Below, in pieces: positions 37,947 to 47,638 of a DNA stretch of 53,687 nt; the stretch's first letter is position 1; every line of letters starts with the position of its first letter. Location: assembly GCF_013004595.1 (NCBI RefSeq), contig NZ_JABEMC010000012.1:1-53687 (forward strand), written 5' to 3'. Position numbers and translations under genes: made by a program. This DNA comes from Brevibacterium luteolum (GTDB lineage Bacteria > Actinomycetota > Actinomycetes > Actinomycetales > Brevibacteriaceae). Under the pieces are notes generated by a model. It ran no database searches. It was not told the DNA's origin and saw nothing but the letters and a program-made list of their open reading frames with translations.

Positions 37947-39767
37947 TCAGCCGGCCCGCTCATCAAGGGCGGCGGCGAGCGTGGGTGTGGCGGCGACGAG
38001 TGAGGCGGTGTACTCGTGCTGCGGGTGGTCGTAGATCGCGGCGACGTCGCCTGCTTCGACGATCCGGCCGTCCTTCATGACGACGACGTCAGAGCACAGG
38101 TGGCGCACGACCCCGAGGTCGTGGGAGACGAACACGAGGGTGAGCTCGTAGTCGTCGACGAGGTCGGTGAGCAGATTGAGCACCTGGGCACGCACCGAGA
38201 CGTCGAGGGCGGAGACCGGTTCGTCGGCGACGAGGATGCGCGGGCGGCACACGAGCGCACGGGCGATCGAGATGCGCTGGCGCTGCCCGCCGGAGAACTG
38301 GTGCGGATAGCGGGTGCGGCTCTCAGCGTCGAGCCCGACGGCTTCGAGCATCTCAATGACCTTCTCCCGCCGACGTGCGGTAGGCACGCCCATGGCCACG
38401 AGCGGTTCGGCGACGATGTCAGCGACCTGCATACGCGGATCGAGGCTGGCGAAGGGGTCCTGGAAGACGATCTGCAGCTCCTCGCGCATCGCCCGCAGCT
38501 GCGCCTGACTGGCCGAGGCGATCTCGCAGTCCCCGACGCGCACGTACCCGCTGGTCAGCGGTTCGAGTCCGGAGAGGATCTTGAGCAGCGTCGACTTGCC
38601 GGACCCGGATTCGCCGACGATCCCGAACCGCTGCCCGGCCCGGATGCTCAGCGACACATCGGTGAGCGCATCGACGGTGTCCGCCCTGCTGAACAGCCCG
38701 GACTTCGTGCGCTGATAGGTCTTGTGCAGGCCCTCGATCTCGATGAGCGGGCGCTGCTCCCCCGCAGGTGCCGGGGCTGCTTCGTGTCCCGCCGCCGATA
38801 CCGGTTCCGAGGCGTTGGTGACCTGCTGTGCGCTGGTGTCACCCGCCTCGGGCGGGGTGAAGCGTGCCTGGCTGAGCCGGGCGGCGTCATAGGCGCGGGC
38901 GGTGGCGATGGTGAACAGCCGGCCGTCATCGTCGGTGGCCGTCAGGTCGGAGGCGGCGAGCAGTCCGCGGGTGTAGTCGTGCTGCGGGTCGGTGAAGATC
39001 TGCTCGGTGGCCCCGGCTTCGACGATCTCACCTTGGTACATGACCAGGACCTTCTCGCAGACGCTGGCGACAACGGCCAGGTCGTGGGTGATGAACAGCA
39101 GCCCCGTGTCCGAGGTGGTGACGGCATCGAGCACGAGGTCGAGGACCTGGCGCTGGACGGTGACGTCGAGCGCGGTGGTCGGCTCATCGCAGATGAGCAG
39201 CTGCGGGTCATTCGCCAGCGCCATCGCGAGCATCACCCGCTGCCGCTGCCCGCCGGAGAGCTGATGCGGGTATGCCCGGGCGGTGGCCGGTGGGTCGGGC
39301 AGCTGGACGAGACCGAGGAGGTCGATCGCCCGCTTCGCAGCGCTCGTCTTCGACTGGGTGCGGTGGATGCGCATGACCTCAGCGACCTGGGCGCCGACGC
39401 GCATGAGCGGGTTGAGTGCGCTCATCGGCTCCTGGAACACCATGCTCATGTTCAGCCCGCGCAGCCGGGCGATCTGCCGGTCGGAGCGCTCCAGCAGATT
39501 GCCCTGAGTGCCGGTGAGCGTGATCGAGCCGGTGGCGGTGAGCTCGTCTGGCAGCAGGCCCATGACCGCTGAGGAGGTAAGCGATTTCCCGGACCCGGAT
39601 TCGCCGATGAGCCCGACCCGCTCGCCGGGGGCGATGGTGAACGACGTCGGGTGCACGAGCGTGGTCTGCGCGGTGGTGATCGACAGGTCGGTGACTTCGA
39701 GCAGGCTGCGCTTGCTCACCGGTGCCGGCGGAGTGGCGGCGCTGGCGTGGGCGGGCATGTCAGTCAC
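37947..39767 (-). CDS. Peptide/nickel-type ABC transporter fused double ATPase
   Basis: Two GESGSGKS and two SGGQRQR motifs. Confidence 0.95.
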   Translation of the reverse strand: MTDMPAHASAATPPAPVSKRSLLEVTDLSITTAQTTLVHPTSFTIAPGERVGLIGESGSGKSLTSSAVMGLLPDELTATGSITLTGTQGNLLERSDRQIARLRGLNMSMVFQEPMSALNPLMRVGAQVAEVMRIHRTQSKTSAAKRAIDLLGLVQLPDPPATARAYPHQLSGGQRQRVMLAMALANDPQLLICDEPTTALDVTVQRQVLDLVLDAVTTSDTGLLFITHDLAVVASVCEKVLVMYQGEIVEAGATEQIFTDPQHDYTRGLLAASDLTATDDDGRLFTIATARAYDAARLSQARFTPPEAGDTSAQQVTNASEPVSAAGHEAAPAPAGEQRPLIEIEGLHKTYQRTKSGLFSRADTVDALTDVSLSIRAGQRFGIVGESGSGKSTLLKILSGLEPLTSGYVRVGDCEIASASQAQLRAMREELQIVFQDPFASLDPRMQVADIVAEPLVAMGVPTARRREKVIEMLEAVGLDAESRTRYPHQFSGGQRQRISIARALVCRPRILVADEPVSALDVSVRAQVLNLLTDLVDDYELTLVFVSHDLGVVRHLCSDVVVMKDGRIVEAGDVAAIYDHPQHEYTASLVAATPTLAAALDERAG

Positions 39768-40608
39768 GTCCTTTCAGCTTCGGGTCGAAGCGGTCGCGCA
39801 GCCCGTCGCCGAGCAGATTGAAGCCGAGCACGGCGGCGGCGATGAACAGGCCCGGCCACAGGGCGAGCATCGGGTGGGAGGACAGGTACTGCTGGGACTC
39901 CTGCAGCATCCGGCCCCATGAGGGGGTCGGTGGCTGGGTGCCCAGACCGAGGAACGACAGTCCCGCCTCGGCGAGGATGGCGAGAGCGAAGGCGACAGAG
40001 GCCTGCACGATGATCATCCCGGCGATGTTGGGCAGCACGTGGAAGACAGCGATCGGCAGGACCCGGCGGTTGGCCGCGCGGGCGGCCATGATGTACTCGG
40101 TGCTCATCACCTGCAGGGTCCCGGACCGGGCGACGCGGGCGAAGCCGGGGATCGAGGCGATGCCGAGAGCCACCATCGCAGGTCCGGTGCCGGGGCCGAA
40201 CACGGCGGAGAACACGATCGCCAGCAGCAGGGCGGGGAAGGCGAGCAGCAGGTCGTTGCCGCGCATGATGAGCCCGGACAGCCACCCGTAGGTGGTCATC
40301 CCGGCCAGCACGCCGAGCGGCACGCCGATGAGGGCGGCGATGGCGACGGAGACGACGCCGACGAGCAGGGTGATGCGCGCGCCGTACATGATCCAGGTGA
40401 AGGTGTCGCGGCCGTAGCGGTCGGTGCCGAAGAGGTGCTCGGCTGACATGCCCTGCAGCCGGTCGGCAGGCATCGCCTGGGTGGGGTTGTACGGCGTCCA
40501 CACGAGTGAGATGAGCGCCATGAGGATGACGATGCCGATGAGCACGAGGCCGATGATGAGTGAGGCGTCGGCTTTGAAGCGGCGGCTGGCGACGAGACGG
40601 GTGGTCAT
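39760..40608 (-). CDS. DppC-like permease
   Basis: HLFGTDRYGRD, EYIMAARA, HVLPN, EAGLSFLGLG. Confidence 0.95.
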   Translation of the reverse strand: MTTRLVASRRFKADASLIIGLVLIGIVILMALISLVWTPYNPTQAMPADRLQGMSAEHLFGTDRYGRDTFTWIMYGARITLLVGVVSVAIAALIGVPLGVLAGMTTYGWLSGLIMRGNDLLLAFPALLLAIVFSAVFGPGTGPAMVALGIASIPGFARVARSGTLQVMSTEYIMAARAANRRVLPIAVFHVLPNIAGMIIVQASVAFALAILAEAGLSFLGLGTQPPTPSWGRMLQESQQYLSSHPMLALWPGLFIAAAVLGFNLLGDGLRDRFDPKLKGRD

Positions 40609-41552
40609 GCGGCCCTCCTGACGCGCGGGTCGAGGACCGTGTAGAGCAGGTCGACGATGAGGTTGAGCAGCAGGACGAGCACCACAAGGACCATGACGAT
40701 GCCCTGGACGGTGACAAGATCGCGGTTGGCCACCGCCCGGACGAGTTCGGAGCCCATACCGGGGATGACGAAGACCTGTTCGATGACGACGGCGCCGATG
40801 AGCATGGTGGCCAGCTGGATGCCGGCGACGGTGACGACGGGGATGGCGGCGTTGCGCAGCCCGTGGCGCACGAGCGCCTGCGGTTTCGTCAAGCCTTTGG
40901 CACGCGCGGTGCGCAGGAAGTCCTCGCGCATCACCTCCAGCACCGCTGAGCGGACGTAGCGGGTGAGAATCGCCGCCTGCACCAGCGCCAGTGCCAGCAC
41001 CGGCAGTGCCAGGCGGGCGAGGAACCGGCCGAACCCTTCGATCGGGGCGGCCCAGCCGCTGGAGGGGAACCAGCCGAGGCCGAGCGAGAAGATCATGATG
41101 AGGATGATCGCTGCGAGGAAGTTCGGTACGGCGATGCCGACCTGGCTGGCCGCTGAGATCGCGGTGCCCAGCGTGCGCTTCTGAAACACCGCGGCCAGTG
41201 AGCCCAGCGGCACGGCGATGAGCAGGGCGACGAGCATCGAGGCGATGACGATGATGAGGGTGACCTGGATGGAGTCGGCGATGACCGGGGTGATCGGTGC
41301 GCGGGTGACATACGAGGTGCCGAAGTCACCGGTGAGCACCCCTGAGATCCAGTCGAGGTACTGGACCGGCAGCGGCCGGTCGAGACCGTACGTGCGCTCG
41401 AGCTGGGCCACCGCCTCGGGGGTGGCGTTGGTGCCCAGGGCCACCTGCGCGGCGTTGCCGGGCAGCACCTGCATGAGCAGGAACACGATGACCGAGGCGA
41501 TCGCAGCGGTGACTACGAACTGCAGCAGCCGGCGGATGAGGTATCCGGCCAT
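40605..41552 (-). CDS. DppB-like permease
   Basis: YGLDRPL..QY, GDFGTS, DFLRTARAKGL, HGLRNA. Confidence 0.95.
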   Translation of the reverse strand: MAGYLIRRLLQFVVTAAIASVIVFLLMQVLPGNAAQVALGTNATPEAVAQLERTYGLDRPLPVQYLDWISGVLTGDFGTSYVTRAPITPVIADSIQVTLIIVIASMLVALLIAVPLGSLAAVFQKRTLGTAISAASQVGIAVPNFLAAIILIMIFSLGLGWFPSSGWAAPIEGFGRFLARLALPVLALALVQAAILTRYVRSAVLEVMREDFLRTARAKGLTKPQALVRHGLRNAAIPVVTVAGIQLATMLIGAVVIEQVFVIPGMGSELVRAVANRDLVTVQGIVMVLVVLVLLLNLIVDLLYTVLDPRVRRAA

Positions 41553-41567
41553 GCCACCTCCTTGTGT

Positions 41568-41596
41568 CCGCAGCGGCTGCAACGCGGCCGCTGCGG
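41568..41596 (-). other. Intercistronic hairpin after the substrate-binding protein gene
   Basis: CCGCAGCGGCTGC-aac-GCGGCCGCTGCGG. Confidence 0.6.
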
Positions 41597-41641
41597 GTCA
41601 GATGAGCGGGGCGGGCCGGGGTGTCCGGCCCGCCGGGAGCG

Positions 41642-43153
41642 TCACTTCCAGGCCAGAGTGGCGATCGGGAAGGAGTCGGAGACGAAGTTCTCCGGCAGTC
41701 CCTCGACCCCGGCGTCGGCGACGATGAGGTTGGGGAACAGGAACAGGAACCCGGCCGCGGCGTCCTCGGTGATGGTGCGGGCGACGTCCTTCATGCCTGC
41801 GACGTACTCCTCCTCGGTGCCGGTGTCAGCCTTCTTCGCGGCATCTTCGATCTGGGAGTAGTCATAGCCGGTGTAGTAGCCGTCGCCGAAGACGGTGAGC
41901 ATGTCGTTGGCCTCGACGTGGTTGATGACCGACATGTCGTAGTCGTGATTGGTGAAGGTCTTCTCCAGCCACACCGCCGGGAACTCCTGGGTCTCGATCG
42001 TCGGCTTGAGCCCTGCCTCTTCGAGCTGGGAGACGACGATGTCGGCCACGGCGGTGGCATACGGCAGGTTGGGCACGGTGTAGGTGAAGGATTCGCCTTC
42101 GATGCCGGCTTCCTTGACGAGTTCCTTGGCCTTGTCGACGTCGTGCGGGTACACGTCGGTGAGGTCCTCATAGTACGGGGCGGTCGGCGGGACCATCCCG
42201 CCGATGAGGGTGCCGTAGCCGCCCCAAGCGGTGTCGAGGATGGCCTGCTCGTCGATGGCGTAGAGGACGGCCTCGCGGGCCTTCTTGTCGGCGAAGATGC
42301 CCTCGGCGTTGTTCATCGACAGCACGACTTCGCCGTTGGTGGTGCCCTCGACGACCTGGTAGTCATCGGGTGATTCGAAGTCGCCGGCCAGTTCGGGAGC
42401 CTGCAGGCTGGCGAGCACGTCGACTTCACCGGACTTCACGGCATTGACCGCGGCGACGGGGTCTTTGTAGTACTTGAAGGTCACCGTCTCCAGATTCGGC
42501 GCACCACCCCAGTAGTCCTCGCGAGCTGCGTAGACGATCTCCTGGCCGCGAGTGAAGGACTGCACCTCATACGGGCCGGTGCCGATGGCCGTGTTCGCCA
42601 GATCGTCAACGGCATCTTCGCTGAACACCGCGCCCACGGCGCTGGCCAGATCGTACAGCCACCCGTTCGAAGGGTCGGTCAGCGTGATCTCGACGGTCGC
42701 GTCGTCGGGAGTGTCGATCGAGTCGATGACGGCCATCTTGGCTTTGAGCCCGTTGGTCCAGGCATCGGAGTTGACGCGCTCATAGGAGAACTTCACATCT
42801 GCGGAGGTCAGCTCGTCGCCGTTGGAGAAGGTCACGCCGTCCTGCAGGTGGAAGGTGTAGGTCTTGCGGTCCTCGGAGACGTCCCACGATTCGGCGAGCG
42901 CGGGCTTGAGCTCACCGTCCTGGTCGATGCGCACGAGCGATTCGTAGACGTTCTCCATCAGTGCCTGCGGAATCGCCGCACCGCCGGTGGTGGTGAAGTC
43001 GAGATTGACCGGCTCGGCGGTGTGTGCGACGACCATGTCGGTGCGCTTCTCCTCCCCGTCTGAGCCGTTGCTGCCGGCTCCTGCGCTGCAGCCGGTGGCG
43101 GTGAGCACGACGGCGGCAAGTGCTGCCGCCCATGCAGTGAGTCGTCGCGTCAT
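41642..43153 (-). CDS. Family-5 ABC substrate-binding lipoprotein
   Basis: Lipobox-like TATGC, PALAESW, GVTFSNG, GTGPY. Confidence 0.95.
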   Translation of the reverse strand: MTRRLTAWAAALAAVVLTATGCSAGAGSNGSDGEEKRTDMVVAHTAEPVNLDFTTTGGAAIPQALMENVYESLVRIDQDGELKPALAESWDVSEDRKTYTFHLQDGVTFSNGDELTSADVKFSYERVNSDAWTNGLKAKMAVIDSIDTPDDATVEITLTDPSNGWLYDLASAVGAVFSEDAVDDLANTAIGTGPYEVQSFTRGQEIVYAAREDYWGGAPNLETVTFKYYKDPVAAVNAVKSGEVDVLASLQAPELAGDFESPDDYQVVEGTTNGEVVLSMNNAEGIFADKKAREAVLYAIDEQAILDTAWGGYGTLIGGMVPPTAPYYEDLTDVYPHDVDKAKELVKEAGIEGESFTYTVPNLPYATAVADIVVSQLEEAGLKPTIETQEFPAVWLEKTFTNHDYDMSVINHVEANDMLTVFGDGYYTGYDYSQIEDAAKKADTGTEEEYVAGMKDVARTITEDAAAGFLFLFPNLIVADAGVEGLPENFVSDSFPIATLAWK

Positions 43154-43360
43154 TTTTCCCTCGAGTCTCGTGTGCAGTGGTGACCGGCCCCCGCGGGCCT
43201 GAAGTCACCTTAACGGACACTCAGCGCCGGCTAAGAGATCGTCTCGCAATGTGTCCTGCGACACCCCGCGCCCGAGGCGGTGGTCGCCTGACATCCCCGT
43301 CGCGTGCGCAGATGCGGGATACAATCGACTCAGACTGCTCATCGCCGACAGGATCTTCCC

Positions 43361-44275
43361 ATGATGTCAGCCTGGATTCGCTCATCCCCGCTCCTGGCGT
43401 TCACGGTGCTGGCCTATGGGGGTTCATGGATTGCGTGGAGCCCATGGTGGCTGGCCCGCAACGGTGTGGGCGTGCTGCCCTATGAGCTGCCGTTTCCTGC
43501 CGTCACCGGTGTGAATCAGCTCGGCCTCTTCGCGGGCCCGTTCGCCGCAGCCCTCATCGTCACCGGCGTGCGGTCCGGTCGTGCTGGTGCTTCTCGCCTG
43601 CTGGCCTCACTCGTGCAGCTGAAGGTGCGCGGCCGCTGGTACGCCCTTGTCCTCGTGGCGGTTCCGCTGGCTGCCGGGATCGGCTACCTCTTCGTCTCCG
43701 GCTTCAGCCCTGAGGTGGGCTCCAGCGGCGGGTTCCTCGTGGTGGTCCTCATCGGCAGCTATCTCATGTTCCTGCTCGGCGGGCCGCTGCAGGAGGAGCC
43801 GGGCTGGCGCGGTGTCGCGCTGCCGCTGCTGCAGCGCCGGCACCATCCGCTCACTGCGGCGATGATCCTCGGGCTCATCCACTGCGTCTGGCATGCCCCG
43901 CTGTTCGCGACCGCCGAGTGGGACACCGCCCGCGCCGGGATCGGTGACTACCTCGCCTACCTGCTGCTCATCCTCGCCCTGTCAGTCGTCATGTCCTGGG
44001 TGTTCAACGGCTCGCGCGGTTCGCTGCTGCTGGCGGTCCTGGCGCACAACGGGCTCAACTGGGCGATCCTCTCAGCCGGCGGGCTGACGGGAGCTACGGC
44101 CACGACCTGGCCGGCAGCACTCGGCCTGAGCGTGCTCGCACTCATCGCCATCGCTGCCACCCGCGGCCGGCTCGCCTATGACCCGGCAGATCCTGCCGAC
44201 CCGGCCGGGATGGTCAGTCCAGTCGGAGGGCGTGCCGATGCTCAGCTGCCGGCAGACCGTGCGGCGAGGAGCTGA
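43361..44275 (+). CDS. CPBP/CAAX-type intramembrane glutamic endopeptidase
   Basis: EEPGWRG, WHAP, AHNGLN. Confidence 0.92.
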   Translation: MMSAWIRSSPLLAFTVLAYGGSWIAWSPWWLARNGVGVLPYELPFPAVTGVNQLGLFAGPFAAALIVTGVRSGRAGASRLLASLVQLKVRGRWYALVLVAVPLAAGIGYLFVSGFSPEVGSSGGFLVVVLIGSYLMFLLGGPLQEEPGWRGVALPLLQRRHHPLTAAMILGLIHCVWHAPLFATAEWDTARAGIGDYLAYLLLILALSVVMSWVFNGSRGSLLLAVLAHNGLNWAILSAGGLTGATATTWPAALGLSVLALIAIAATRGRLAYDPADPADPAGMVSPVGGRADAQLPADRAARS

Positions 44276-44865
44276 GCAAGGCTGCGCAGCGCCTTGCCGC
44301 GGTGGGAGATCGCGTTCTTCTGACCTGCGCTGAGCTGAGCTGCCGTCACGTCATGACCGTCGGGGTAGAAGATCGGGTCGTAGCCGAAGCCCTGCTCACC
44401 GATCGGCTCCCGGCCGAGCCGCCCGGTCATCCGGCCCTCGGCTACCACCGCCTCGGGAGCGGGACCCTCGTTGGGGTCGATGAACACGGCGGCACAGCAG
44501 AACGCGGCCTGCCGGTGCTCATCGGGCACATCGGCCAGCTGGGCGAGCAGCAGCTCGTAGTTCGCGACGTCGTCGCCGTGCCGGCCGGACCAGCGGGCTG
44601 AGAAGATCCCCGGCGCGCCCCCGAGCACGTCGACGGCCAGCCCGGAGTCATCGGCGATCGCCGGCAGCCCGGTGTGCGCAGCTGCCGAACGGGCCTTGAG
44701 CTCGGCGTTGACGGCGAAGGTCACCCCGTCCTCGACGACCTCGGGCAGGTCGACGTCAGCGGCGGTGAGCACGGTGATCGGCCGATCGAGGACGTCGCGC
44801 AGGATCTCTTCGAGTTCCTTCCGCTTGCCCTCATTGCGGGTGGCGATGATGATGCGCTCGAACAT
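44242..44865 (-). CDS. rdgB: dITP/XTP pyrophosphatase
   Basis: ATRNEGK, ADDSGL, GFGYDPIF, KNAISHRG. Confidence 0.97.
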   Translation of the reverse strand: MFERIIIATRNEGKRKELEEILRDVLDRPITVLTAADVDLPEVVEDGVTFAVNAELKARSAAAHTGLPAIADDSGLAVDVLGGAPGIFSARWSGRHGDDVANYELLLAQLADVPDEHRQAAFCCAAVFIDPNEGPAPEAVVAEGRMTGRLGREPIGEQGFGYDPIFYPDGHDVTAAQLSAGQKNAISHRGKALRSLAQLLAARSAGS

Positions 44866-44933
44866 GCTGGCTCCTGTCGGTCAGTCCTTCGATCAATCTG
44901 CCGGCCGGCCGGCAGGCAGGTCAGCAGCGGCCA

Positions 44934-45668
44934 TCAGCTGCGCGGGCGGGCGAGGGCTTCGCGCTGCAGCTCGGTGAGCTTCGCGCAGCCGGTCTCTGCC
45001 AGGCTGAGCAGGGTGTCGAGTTCGGTGCGGTCGAACGCCTGCTGTTCGGCCGTGCCCTGGATCTCGACGAACCGGCCGGAGCCGGTCATGACGACGTTCA
45101 TGTCGGTGTCGGCTGCTGAGTCCTCGACATACGGCAGGTCGAGGGCCGGCTTTCCGTCGACGATGCCGACGCTGATCGCGGCAATCGAGTCGGTCAGCGG
45201 TTCGGCAGCGGCCGGGATCCAGCCGCGGGAGCGTCCGGTGTCGATCGCATCGGCCAGTGCGACGTAGGCGCCGGTGATGGCTGCGGTGCGGGTGCCGCCG
45301 TCTGCTTGGAGGACGTCGCAGTCGAGCTGGATGGTGTTCTCCCCCAGCTTGTCCATATCGACGACTGCGCGCAGGGCCCGGCCGATGAGGCGGGAGATCT
45401 CGTGGGTGCGGCCGCCGATCTTGCCCTTGACGGATTCGCGCGGGCTGCGGTCATGGGTGGCCCGGGGCAGCATCGCGTATTCGCCGGTGACCCAGCCGCG
45501 GCCGGACCCCTTGAGCCAGCGGGGCACGCCCTCGGTCAGGGAGGCCGCGCACAGCACGCGTGTGTCGCCGAACTCGATGAGCACGCTGCCTTCGGCGTGG
45601 GTGAGCCAGTCGCGGGAGATGCGCACCTCGCGCAGCTCGTCGTGGGCGCGGCCGTCAGGACGGGTCAT
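44934..45668 (-). CDS. rph: Ribonuclease PH
   Basis: [35 protein letters not shown]. Confidence 0.98.
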   Translation of the reverse strand: MTRPDGRAHDELREVRISRDWLTHAEGSVLIEFGDTRVLCAASLTEGVPRWLKGSGRGWVTGEYAMLPRATHDRSPRESVKGKIGGRTHEISRLIGRALRAVVDMDKLGENTIQLDCDVLQADGGTRTAAITGAYVALADAIDTGRSRGWIPAAAEPLTDSIAAISVGIVDGKPALDLPYVEDSAADTDMNVVMTGSGRFVEIQGTAEQQAFDRTELDTLLSLAETGCAKLTELQREALARPRS

Positions 45669-45733
45669 GGGATCTCCTTGTGCGAGGCGGTACGGGGCCG
45701 GCCGCGCAGGTGAGGCGGCCGTGTGTGTTCAGG

Positions 45734-46567
45734 CTACAGCTGCCAGGTGTTGCCGGGCCGGGCGAGTTCGATCGGCCCGGAGAACTCGGCGGCGGCTTCG
45801 GCGCGGACCATGCAGGCATCGGTCCACGGCGGGATGTGGGTGAGCACGAGGTTCTTCGCCTCGGCGGCATCGGCCACGCGGCCGGCGCGCAGGCCGGTGA
45901 GGTGGATGCCGCGGGCGGCATCGCGGTCCTCCTGGAAGGCGGCTTCGCAGACGAACACGTCAGCACCGCGAGCGGCCTCGACGAGGCCGTCGCACTCATC
46001 GGAGTCACCGGAGTAGGTGATGACGTGCCCGGACTGGTCCTCGATGCGCAGCGCATAGGCCTCAACGGGGTGCTCGACGAGGAATGCGGTGATCGTCAGC
46101 GGCCCGATCGTGAACGCAGCACCCGGGGTGAGGTCGTGGAAGGCGAACACCGTTGACAGGTCGGTCGGGTGCGACTGGCCTGCCACCGGGCTCAGTCCCG
46201 GCTCGGTGTGGTAGGCGGCAGCCAGGCGTTCGTGTGTGCCGGCCGGGCCCCAGACGGGCAGGGAGGCGCGGATCGCGCCGGTGTCGGTGTGGGCGTCGCC
46301 GCAGTTGAAGTACTTCGGGTCGTAACTGCGGTAGACGTACAGGCCGGTGACATCGAGGCAGTGGTCCGGGTGCAGGTGGGACAGCACGACGGCATCGAGG
46401 TTGCTGGGGTCGACGTAGTTCTGCAGCGCGCCGAGTGCTCCGGAGCCCAGATCGATGACGACCCGGTACTCCCGGTGGTCGACGGCTGCCTCCAGCAGGT
46501 AGCAGCTGGCAGCCGAGGCGGGCCCGGCAAAGGAGCCCGAGGTGCCAATTGCGGTCAGTCGCATCAT
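45734..46567 (-). CDS. MBL-fold metallohydrolase (Rv1339-like)
   Basis: GSFAGP.S.ASCYL, SHLHPDH, YSGD, LTHIPPW; upstream of rph. Confidence 0.9.
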   Translation of the reverse strand: MMRLTAIGTSGSFAGPASAASCYLLEAAVDHREYRVVIDLGSGALGALQNYVDPSNLDAVVLSHLHPDHCLDVTGLYVYRSYDPKYFNCGDAHTDTGAIRASLPVWGPAGTHERLAAAYHTEPGLSPVAGQSHPTDLSTVFAFHDLTPGAAFTIGPLTITAFLVEHPVEAYALRIEDQSGHVITYSGDSDECDGLVEAARGADVFVCEAAFQEDRDAARGIHLTGLRAGRVADAAEAKNLVLTHIPPWTDACMVRAEAAAEFSGPIELARPGNTWQL

Positions 46568-46586
46568 GCCTGTTGTTCCTCCTCCA

Positions 46587-47237
46587 TCAGGCGTCTTCCT
46601 CCTCGTCCTCTGCACCGGAGCCGAGGCCCGAGAGCAGGATCGTCGTCAGGCGTTCCTGCGCCCAGGTGAGGAAGTCGTAGACGGTGAGCATCGTGGCCTG
46701 CTGGTCATCGAGCTCATCGGCGGCCTCCCGGGCATAGAGGTCTTCGACATCGGATTCGCTGGCCATGCTCATCCGGGTGGCGAGCACGAGCCTGACGTCA
46801 TTGAGCGCCATCGACCAGGCTCGCGTGTGCGCGTCGTCGAGTTCGATCCGGCCGGTCAGCGATAGGTCGTACAGGGCGATGCGGATGTTGGCGAGCTTCG
46901 ATTCGCGCAGGTCGTGTTCGGTCAGCCGGCGGAACTCCGCAGATCGTTCGGCGTCATCGCCGTCGACGTCGGGCAGCAGCCGCAGCACGGCCGGGTCCTC
47001 GGGCCGTTCGGCCGTGGAGATGCCGACCAGCCGGGCGAGGTCATCGGCACTGACCTCACGCTCGCCGGTCTCCCCCGCCTCGGGCGAGGTGTCCTCCGGT
47101 TCACCGGAGAGCGCATCGAGTTCGTCCTCGCCGCCGAGCATGACGGCGACATCGGAGAGCAGGGAGCGGAAGATGTGCTTCTCACCGGCTTCGAGATCGA
47201 GCACGGCGAAGGCACGCGCAGTCGAGTGGATCTTCAT
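46587..47237 (-). CDS. DUF2017 family protein
   Basis: DPAVLRLLPD, EFRRLTE..L, LNDVRLVL, YDFLTWAQE; downstream of clpS. Confidence 0.88.
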   Translation of the reverse strand: MKIHSTARAFAVLDLEAGEKHIFRSLLSDVAVMLGGEDELDALSGEPEDTSPEAGETGEREVSADDLARLVGISTAERPEDPAVLRLLPDVDGDDAERSAEFRRLTEHDLRESKLANIRIALYDLSLTGRIELDDAHTRAWSMALNDVRLVLATRMSMASESDVEDLYAREAADELDDQQATMLTVYDFLTWAQERLTTILLSGLGSGAEDEEEDA

Positions 47238-47253
47238 AAGGGCCCCTTCGGGC

Positions 47254-47574
47254 TCACACCTCACCACCGGTCGGGGCGGGCCGGCAGGTGGCCCACAGGC
47301 CGAAGCCGTGCATGGCGGCGGTGTCGCGCTCCATCTGCTCGCGGCTGCCGGTGGCCACAACGCTGCGGCCGAGTTCGTGGACTTCGAGCATGAGCTTCTC
47401 GGACTTCGCCCGCGAGTAGCCGAAGTAGCTCTGAAACACGTACGTCACGTAGCTCATGAGGTTGACCGGGTCATTCATGACGATGCACGCCCACGGCGAA
47501 TCCGGCCGAGTCTCGTGCAGAGTCTCAGCCTGGGGATCGATCACCGCTTGGGATGAGTCGCCGGTTGACATCAC
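47254..47574 (-). CDS. clpS: ATP-dependent Clp protease adaptor
   Basis: [28 protein letters not shown]. Confidence 0.95.
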   Translation of the reverse strand: MMSTGDSSQAVIDPQAETLHETRPDSPWACIVMNDPVNLMSYVTYVFQSYFGYSRAKSEKLMLEVHELGRSVVATGSREQMERDTAAMHGFGLWATCRPAPTGGEV

Positions 47575-47638
47575 GCCTTTCACTGTAGGCGAATTCATGG
47601 TTCACCCAGTAATCCTGCAGTGGCCTATCATCGTTCCT

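Noticed and set aside
43154..43300. GlnR-type boxes upstream of the SBP gene
   Set aside because: GTCAC/GACAC-like half-sites do not show convincing consensus spacing.
43361..44275. CPBP ('Abi') protein, or MazG/helicase/MBL genes, as an anti-phage system
   Set aside because: The Abi label on CPBP is historical. The other genes occupy their usual housekeeping positions and are not clustered as a defence island.
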